From a virus, in the IMG/VR virus record IMGVR_UViG_3300043015_002491, positions 32,001-96,000 of that record: a stretch of 64,000 bases of DNA; one strand, written 5' to 3'. How positions within the stretch are numbered: the first letter of the stretch is position 1; every line of letters starts with the position of its first letter. The position numbers and the translations under genes are program-made. The notes under the pieces are model-generated. The model did no database searches. It worked only from the letters and a program-made list of their open reading frames with translations, and was not told the origin of the DNA. Below, piece by piece: positions 57,760 to 64,000 of the stretch.

Positions 57760-59910
57760 TTATATTATGTAATTTGAGTCACTATAAAGAACTGTCCCAC
57801 CAGAATAGTTATAAATCTCTAACCAATCCACAGTAGTTCTAGAATTTGATGTCTCTACGGTTCTATTAGCATAAATTTTAAAATCATTATAATCCAATGG
57901 GTTAGTTAATTCAACTCGCCAATCACCATCCCAATAATACTTAAGTTGATTACCTTCAAAATAAGTATCCAATAAACCACATGTTACCCCACTTAAACTT
58001 GGTATTAAAGTGTATGAAGAACCAGATGCTGGAATTGTTTTATTATAATAGTGATTGATATATCTATATATAAACTTTTCTTGAGCATCATTATCATAAG
58101 TTGCTGAACGAACATAACTAAAACGTGGGAATAAATAGTTATACCTAGATGAAGTATTAGTTGTTCCAGTGTAATTAGATGTTACACCAGTTGAATATCT
58201 ATTTACACTAGTTACAATACTATTATATCTAATATTACAATTTATATCACATGTGTCAGCAGTTAACCCTAGTGTAATTGTTGGTAATGTTAATTGTAAA
58301 TAGTAATCAGCTCCAGTTGTACCAGTCGTAACTATTGATGATTGGTGTACTGATATATTTCTCAATATTCCAACATCACCACACACTTGATTACCAGTTG
58401 ACCCTGGATAATATATGTCAAAAATTCTATAATAATCCTCATTAGATGAATCACCCGAATAAATAGATATATTCGGTTTTATATTATTTATATATTCATT
58501 ATAATAATCTCTAACATAAGTTGGGTTATCTGTAGTAAGTTTAAACAATCCATTCGATTTTTCATATTTTATAAAGTAATTATTATCTGCTGGTTCACAA
58601 ACTAAATTATTTATTTGGTAAAATACATTTTGAAGATTACATCTTTTTTGATTAAAATATAATCCATTGAAATTAAGTAAACTAAAACCGTTAGAATCGG
58701 TACCAGATGCACCATAAGAACTATATTCACTTAGGTAAGTATCAAGCTTATTTGTTAGTGTTATCCCACTAACTTTAAAGGTTATTGTACTACTACATTC
58801 ACCTGTTACCACAGTAATTGTAGAACCACTAATCTTTAATGGTTTATTTGGTAGATTAAGATTACAATCTATTGTATCAGCACAACCAAAATAAAAATCC
58901 CAACTTGTTGATGGGTTAGAAGTATTAGGTATAACTTCTAAATCTATAGTATCACCATCATTAATAGTAAAACCAGTTAAACAAGTTATTTTTGATACAT
59001 ATTGGGAGGTATCGGCTGATTTAGGGAAGACGTTATTATTAACGTTAGTACTTGGTAAATTAGACCCAACCTCCCAATATTCCAATACGATAGGGTTATT
59101 GTAGGCTGAACCATTATACGTTAATTTAAGTTTATCTGGTACAAAACTACCTCTAAATTTCCATGCAAAATAATTTGTATTAGCACTTAATATAAATGTT
59201 GATGAAAGTGCTGTTGGAGGTGTACCATTACCAATACTAGTAAAATTTACTCTATGTTCATATTGTGATAAATCTGAACTACCATCACCATTATTACATC
59301 TAAATGCATCCACATCAACAGTTACACTTTGAAAACATGTTAATAATGCTGGTACTGGGTCATTACTATATGCAGTATTACCGCTTTGTGAAAAATCAAT
59401 ACCACCTATATTAACTTTATCTATTATTGGTAGATATGTACCAGCTGGCACAAATAACGCAGAAGTACCAATTAATGGATGTTGGTAATTATAATTAAAG
59501 CTAGTACCAGAACCACTCACATATTTAAGGTTATTTGAACTATCATACCAATGTATTATATAATCACTTAAATCTGTTTGACATGAAGCGGTTAAAGCAC
59601 CAGCATACAACCTACCAACAGTAGATGTAGGAAAATAATCAAAACCTAAATCACATGTTATGCATAAATTATTCTCACCTATATCACCATATGTTTGTAT
59701 ATTATTATTTGTATCAAGTACCATAACTTTAGTGGCATCATCTGGAACTAATAAGTTAAAAGGTGTTGTTGTTGCTGTTAATTCAGTTCTTGTTCTATTT
59801 TGAACAATTGGGGTAGCGTAATTATCTGAATCAGTAAATATACTAAAATCAGTACTAGTTGAAGTTAGACCACTAGATGATAATATAACTGTAACGTATT
59901 TTCTTGGCAT
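57760..59910 (-). CDS. Large S/T/N/Y-rich structural protein
   Basis: 716 aa beta-rich composition. Confidence 0.68.
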   Translation of the reverse strand: MPRKYVTVILSSSGLTSTSTDFSIFTDSDNYATPIVQNRTRTELTATTTPFNLLVPDDATKVMVLDTNNNIQTYGDIGENNLCITCDLGFDYFPTSTVGRLYAGALTASCQTDLSDYIIHWYDSSNNLKYVSGSGTSFNYNYQHPLIGTSALFVPAGTYLPIIDKVNIGGIDFSQSGNTAYSNDPVPALLTCFQSVTVDVDAFRCNNGDGSSDLSQYEHRVNFTSIGNGTPPTALSSTFILSANTNYFAWKFRGSFVPDKLKLTYNGSAYNNPIVLEYWEVGSNLPSTNVNNNVFPKSADTSQYVSKITCLTGFTINDGDTIDLEVIPNTSNPSTSWDFYFGCADTIDCNLNLPNKPLKISGSTITVVTGECSSTITFKVSGITLTNKLDTYLSEYSSYGASGTDSNGFSLLNFNGLYFNQKRCNLQNVFYQINNLVCEPADNNYFIKYEKSNGLFKLTTDNPTYVRDYYNEYINNIKPNISIYSGDSSNEDYYRIFDIYYPGSTGNQVCGDVGILRNISVHQSSIVTTGTTGADYYLQLTLPTITLGLTADTCDINCNIRYNSIVTSVNRYSTGVTSNYTGTTNTSSRYNYLFPRFSYVRSATYDNDAQEKFIYRYINHYYNKTIPASGSSYTLIPSLSGVTCGLLDTYFEGNQLKYYWDGDWRVELTNPLDYNDFKIYANRTVETSNSRTTVDWLEIYNYSGGTVLYSDSNYII

Positions 59911-59940
59911 TTTATTTAACTTTATTTAACTTTATTCATT

Positions 59941-60918
59941 TTATTCATCCCCATAATAATAAGTACTAGTAACTGTTGCTAAAGAAGTTGGTGGTGGACA
60001 CTCATCGGTATAAAATTCTTCAATAATAGAACCCATACAATCATTTAGATAATCAATATTGTTTAAATTACATGGTCCATCTATACATGTAAAAGTTGAA
60101 CCCATTTTATATTCAAACTTTTGTTCATCAAAAACTGTATTCCTATAAACATAAGTTGAATCCCATATGGTAGTCGCTGGTACAACTTGTTCAATAAGGT
60201 CAATCCAATAATTACCTACAGCTTGACCGAAATTATCCATGTCAAAATAATCATACTGACTACTCTTATATGAACTAAAGTCTAATGAATTAAAATTATA
60301 CCTATCATAAAGCATCCTAAGTGTAGCATATGAACTAATTGTTTGTCTATTCTTAACATCAATTAATTCACTACTGATAACATTAGTAAATTCTTCAACA
60401 GAATCAACTTGAACTAAGTCAGTTGTTAATTTACCGCTAAGGTCTATACAGTCATCTCCACATTTTATTAATGGACAACAACCTATCCCCCAATAATTCT
60501 TTTTCCATTCTTCTGGGTATGACCAATATGTTGTAATTTCTTGACCGCTGAAATAATAAAATATTTCATTAGTGGCACACATCACTTCATTTATTAGTTG
60601 GGTGTAATCATAATATATTTGAGGTGTTACATCCATTTGGTTATTAGCTAAATTCCAAAAGTTGCTATATCTACTATCTAATCCCATTCCACTAATTGTT
60701 TGCCATGCTGTTGTGTAACCAGTACAACCACTAAGACCAGGTTCAGCTGATAATGCCAATCTAAGTTCATTCATACCCTTAATAAAAGCATCTTTAGTGG
60801 CTCTAGCGGTTGTTGATAAGTCACTCCAATCACCAACAAGTCTATAATCTTGGTTATCGCAACCAATTGCTTTAGCATTAGGGTCAGTATAATTACATAA
60901 ATCAAAAAATAGTACCAT
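59941..60918 (-). CDS. Structural protein
   Basis: WIDLIEQVVPATTIW motif, Cys-rich. Confidence 0.68.
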   Translation of the reverse strand: MVLFFDLCNYTDPNAKAIGCDNQDYRLVGDWSDLSTTARATKDAFIKGMNELRLALSAEPGLSGCTGYTTAWQTISGMGLDSRYSNFWNLANNQMDVTPQIYYDYTQLINEVMCATNEIFYYFSGQEITTYWSYPEEWKKNYWGIGCCPLIKCGDDCIDLSGKLTTDLVQVDSVEEFTNVISSELIDVKNRQTISSYATLRMLYDRYNFNSLDFSSYKSSQYDYFDMDNFGQAVGNYWIDLIEQVVPATTIWDSTYVYRNTVFDEQKFEYKMGSTFTCIDGPCNLNNIDYLNDCMGSIIEEFYTDECPPPTSLATVTSTYYYGDE

Positions 60919-60919
60919 A

Positions 60920-63544
60920 TTATAATATATATTTTTTTACCTGGAAATCTGGTATATATTTATTCGCAAATAAGAATGGTCTAGTCGCTAGTATAACTTC
61001 ATTATAGGTTTTAAGTCTAGCATCCCTGTTACCTATTCTTGTTGTTAGCAAATCTCCTATAAGGTTTGCAACATCATTTGTACCATCACTTAAATCTTCC
61101 CAATTATTTGTTAATGGATTCCAAAAATAATAAGTCCCCGCTGAATATGGTTCAACACCTCTTATATCACCTGGATTACCAGTTATACCTGTGAGTGTTG
61201 TTAGACTATCGACTGCTGGTTGGAATGTAATGTCGTTACCACTAAACACAACATTTAAAGAATTACCACTAGGACTAACTGTATAATATTCAGTGTATGC
61301 TGATGCATGATACCATTGAACCATCGGTATATTCTTAATATCAGCAATACTGTAACCACCTAATACAGATGTATCTTGTTGCAGACCACTAATACTAGTT
61401 ACTGGATATTTTGGATTCTGGGCATCACTCCAACCATTATTTTTTATAAGATTATACTCGTTTAAATCTTTTAGATAAGTATCTCTATTAGCTCTATATA
61501 AAATATTTTCATCTTCATCACAATCATATGTTGTATCACATGCACCATACGTTTCAAAAATATCTTTAGTCCATATACCAGAATAATCTGTCATTGTATC
61601 ATGTGGTAATGGGTAATCTACTATATTTTTAACAACATCACATGTTGCTGAATAAGAACATTCAACTGGGTGTGAATAATATTCATCACTAGTTATTCCT
61701 GTTGTTGCACCAGCACAATTAAGGATATTATTATCTTGCATATAACACCAAACATCTTGTTCAACAGCCCTTGCTGGTGAAAGATTTAAATCAACTTCCT
61801 TAGTGTTTATAACTAATCTATGATGATTTGTATTATATTCAGCTGGTCTATATTTTAAGTCATAGAACCTATCATCTCTAGACCTATTAGCAATCCAAGA
61901 TTTTTTATTATCTATAATTCTTGTAAGTTCAAATTTTGGTGGTTCAGATATAAATGTTTCAACATTATCAACCTTAGTACAACTCTTAGTCATCTTAACT
62001 CTATCAAGTAATACTGAAAAATCAGCACAAGCGTTACTAATTTTAATTGACATATTTACCTTTTCACCCTTTAGTGATTGGATTAATTTAACGTCACATA
62101 TTTTACTTGAATAAGATAACCAACAAGATTGCCACCAATCACTTAACGCATCGTTAAGAGTTTTTGGGTCTAAAGAATTTAATTGCGTTTTTTCATCTGC
62201 TGGTATTATGTTATATACTTCGTTAGTAATTTGTTTCCTAAACTGAAGACAGTCACTAAATTTAGTGGTATTAAACTTACCAGACGTAGCAAATGGCGCT
62301 AATGGAGAATAATTACCTTGATTAAGTGTTGGCATTACACCAGTACTACCACTAATTATTATACCAGTAGACCCACTAGCATTACTAATATAATTCCAGA
62401 AATTACCATTACCAATATTAAAGATGCTTTCTTCATAAACCGTTTCTAATCTATTGTTACTCGTATTTAATCTTTCCAGAGTAAAAGATATATTTAAATT
62501 TTCGAAAAATTCAATAACTGAATTACAAGTACCAGCTAAAAATATAGTTTGAGTTTGACTTTTTAAAGACGCTATATCATTAGTTATCTTATCTTTACTA
62601 TCAGTTAATTTTTTAAGCTCTATTTCTAATTCCGTAATTTTTTTATTAGCTTTAGCTTTATCGTATATCGTATAATTACAATTAACACTATATAATGTAT
62701 CCGTTGAAGTTGAAGCTACGTTTTCTAAAGAATCAATATCCTTACAATCATAAATAGTCGTATTAGTACCATCACTATTAAACCAAGTTTGATAATCGTT
62801 ACCTAATATTTTTTTCCATTCTAATAACCCAGCATCAGTTAAACAATATTTTTTAACTCTAGTATTATCAAAGTAAGGTAAACTCCATGACCATGAACTT
62901 GGTGGTGTACTATCTTTCCAAGTGTTATTTGGGGCTTTATAGTATAAATTACTCCAATTAGCTGGTGGTTTAGCCCATGAACCCCATGTAGTTCCATTGA
63001 AAGTTGTGCCAGGTTTTATGGAATTAGTTTCAGTACACTCAATTACAAATGGTACATCATATAATGATATTAATCTATTATTTATATTAGATATTTCAAT
63101 ATCAATTTTATTTAAATCATTTTCTAATTTAACAATTTTATCACTATTAGTTTGTACTATTGTTGGTACTCCATTTATAGCTTCTTCTAATACATCACAA
63201 TCAAATTTAAATTTATAATCAAATGAAACATCTAAACAACAAGTTTCATTCTCATCTATATCAAATAAAGCGCTAGTATTACCTTGCGGATTTATAATAA
63301 GTTTAAAGTCATCTAAATCACAATCAGTTTTTTTCCAAAGGCATTTACGATTTTCAATGTCAAATTCGTAACCAGATTTTTCACAACAAGTTTCAATGTT
63401 AGAAAATCCAGTTTGCACATTGTTAGCGTCATATATACTAACTGTACCATCTGGTTTTTCTAAAAACGTATAACCATCATTTTCAGCTTGTAATTTTGTG
63501 GACCAATTACAGGCTGTGTAATCTTCTAAATCAAATTTAAACAT
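60920..63544 (-). CDS. Large Cys-rich structural protein
   Basis: 874 aa, coiled-coil segments, LVINTKEVDL. Confidence 0.68.
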   Translation of the reverse strand: MFKFDLEDYTACNWSTKLQAENDGYTFLEKPDGTVSIYDANNVQTGFSNIETCCEKSGYEFDIENRKCLWKKTDCDLDDFKLIINPQGNTSALFDIDENETCCLDVSFDYKFKFDCDVLEEAINGVPTIVQTNSDKIVKLENDLNKIDIEISNINNRLISLYDVPFVIECTETNSIKPGTTFNGTTWGSWAKPPANWSNLYYKAPNNTWKDSTPPSSWSWSLPYFDNTRVKKYCLTDAGLLEWKKILGNDYQTWFNSDGTNTTIYDCKDIDSLENVASTSTDTLYSVNCNYTIYDKAKANKKITELEIELKKLTDSKDKITNDIASLKSQTQTIFLAGTCNSVIEFFENLNISFTLERLNTSNNRLETVYEESIFNIGNGNFWNYISNASGSTGIIISGSTGVMPTLNQGNYSPLAPFATSGKFNTTKFSDCLQFRKQITNEVYNIIPADEKTQLNSLDPKTLNDALSDWWQSCWLSYSSKICDVKLIQSLKGEKVNMSIKISNACADFSVLLDRVKMTKSCTKVDNVETFISEPPKFELTRIIDNKKSWIANRSRDDRFYDLKYRPAEYNTNHHRLVINTKEVDLNLSPARAVEQDVWCYMQDNNILNCAGATTGITSDEYYSHPVECSYSATCDVVKNIVDYPLPHDTMTDYSGIWTKDIFETYGACDTTYDCDEDENILYRANRDTYLKDLNEYNLIKNNGWSDAQNPKYPVTSISGLQQDTSVLGGYSIADIKNIPMVQWYHASAYTEYYTVSPSGNSLNVVFSGNDITFQPAVDSLTTLTGITGNPGDIRGVEPYSAGTYYFWNPLTNNWEDLSDGTNDVANLIGDLLTTRIGNRDARLKTYNEVILATRPFLFANKYIPDFQVKKYIL

Positions 63545-63611
63545 TATCCTCTTTTATTATAATTATATGATAATATACTTTATTTATTTTTTTTGTAAAC
63601 ATTAGACATAT

Positions 63612-64000
63612 TTAAGCTTTTAATATTGTTAAATTATAAGAAACTGAAAAATCTGCACATTTTTCTTGCCCCATTTGTCTAAGTTTATATAACACATAAA
63701 AGAAATTAGTGTCATAATTAATATTATTTATAAAATGTTGATAACCTCTTGGTGTTAATTTACAACCATAACCATCTTTATTAGTATATGGGTCTGTAAT
63801 AACTGTAGGGTTAACTAAACCAGTCCTAGTTGGACACCAACAGCTGTCAGCTTCATTAACAACTCTTAAATTACCGTTTGGGTCTTTAAATTTAAGATAG
63901 TATTCACCGTTAAACAAATACATGTCATTAATATTTGGTGACACTAATTCCCATTGACAAGATAAATCACAACCACAACCATTTTGTTGGTTATCATCAC
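63612..64000 (-). CDS. C-terminal part of a Cys-rich protein starting beyond the window
   Basis: Frame appears open to the window end (GCGCDLSCQWELVSP...). Confidence 0.55.
   Translation of the reverse strand, partial: DDNQQNGCGCDLSCQWELVSPNINDMYLFNGEYYLKFKDPNGNLRVVNEADSCWCPTRTGLVNPTVITDPYTNKDGYGCKLTPRGYQHFINNINYDTNFFYVLYKLRQMGQEKCADFSVSYNLTILKA

Noticed and set aside
785-63218. Many plus-strand S/L/I/F-rich ORFs (e.g. 785-1180, 34450-34947, 44278-44739)
   Set aside because: Antisense shadows of long minus-strand genes.
1-64000. Stop-codon reassignment or suppressor tRNA
   Set aside because: Conserved genes are full length in the standard code and no CTA, TCA or TTA anticodon tRNA was found.
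1-64000. CRISPR array or Cas system
   Set aside because: No regularly spaced repeats; the PD-(D/E)xK and RuvC-like genes lie in a replication/recombination cluster.

Overview
AT-rich segment of a large (jumbo-type) tailed phage genome, almost entirely encoded on the minus strand and readable in the standard code. TTG-N20-TATATTTG promoters, a Bacteroidota-like ClpP, sigma factor and histone-H1-like protein suggest a Bacteroidota host (inference). About 0.3-28 kb is a translation-rescue region: Rnl1-type RNA ligase, kinase/2H-phosphodiesterase fusion, CCA-adding enzyme, a 12-tRNA array, tRNA-fMet, tmRNA, ClpP/DnaJ/FKBP, a Ro60/TROVE-like vWA protein and many unannotated structured RNAs. The right half carries lysis genes, sigma70, a Rad50/Mre11-like pair, primase, RuvC-like resolvase and large virion structural genes. 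Top finding: the tRNA array lies behind a 27-codon leader ORF with terminator/antiterminator hairpins, and 25 of the 27 leader codons specify exactly the amino acids whose tRNAs are in the array, suggesting an attenuator that senses tRNA depletion and switches on replacement tRNAs. Also notable: five dispersed small RNAs with a covarying closing stem (one directly behind the Ro60-like gene), a tRNA-like RNA displaying an anti-Shine-Dalgarno loop, and a ~490-nt structured RNA. All calls are from reading by eye; no database searches or folding programs were run.
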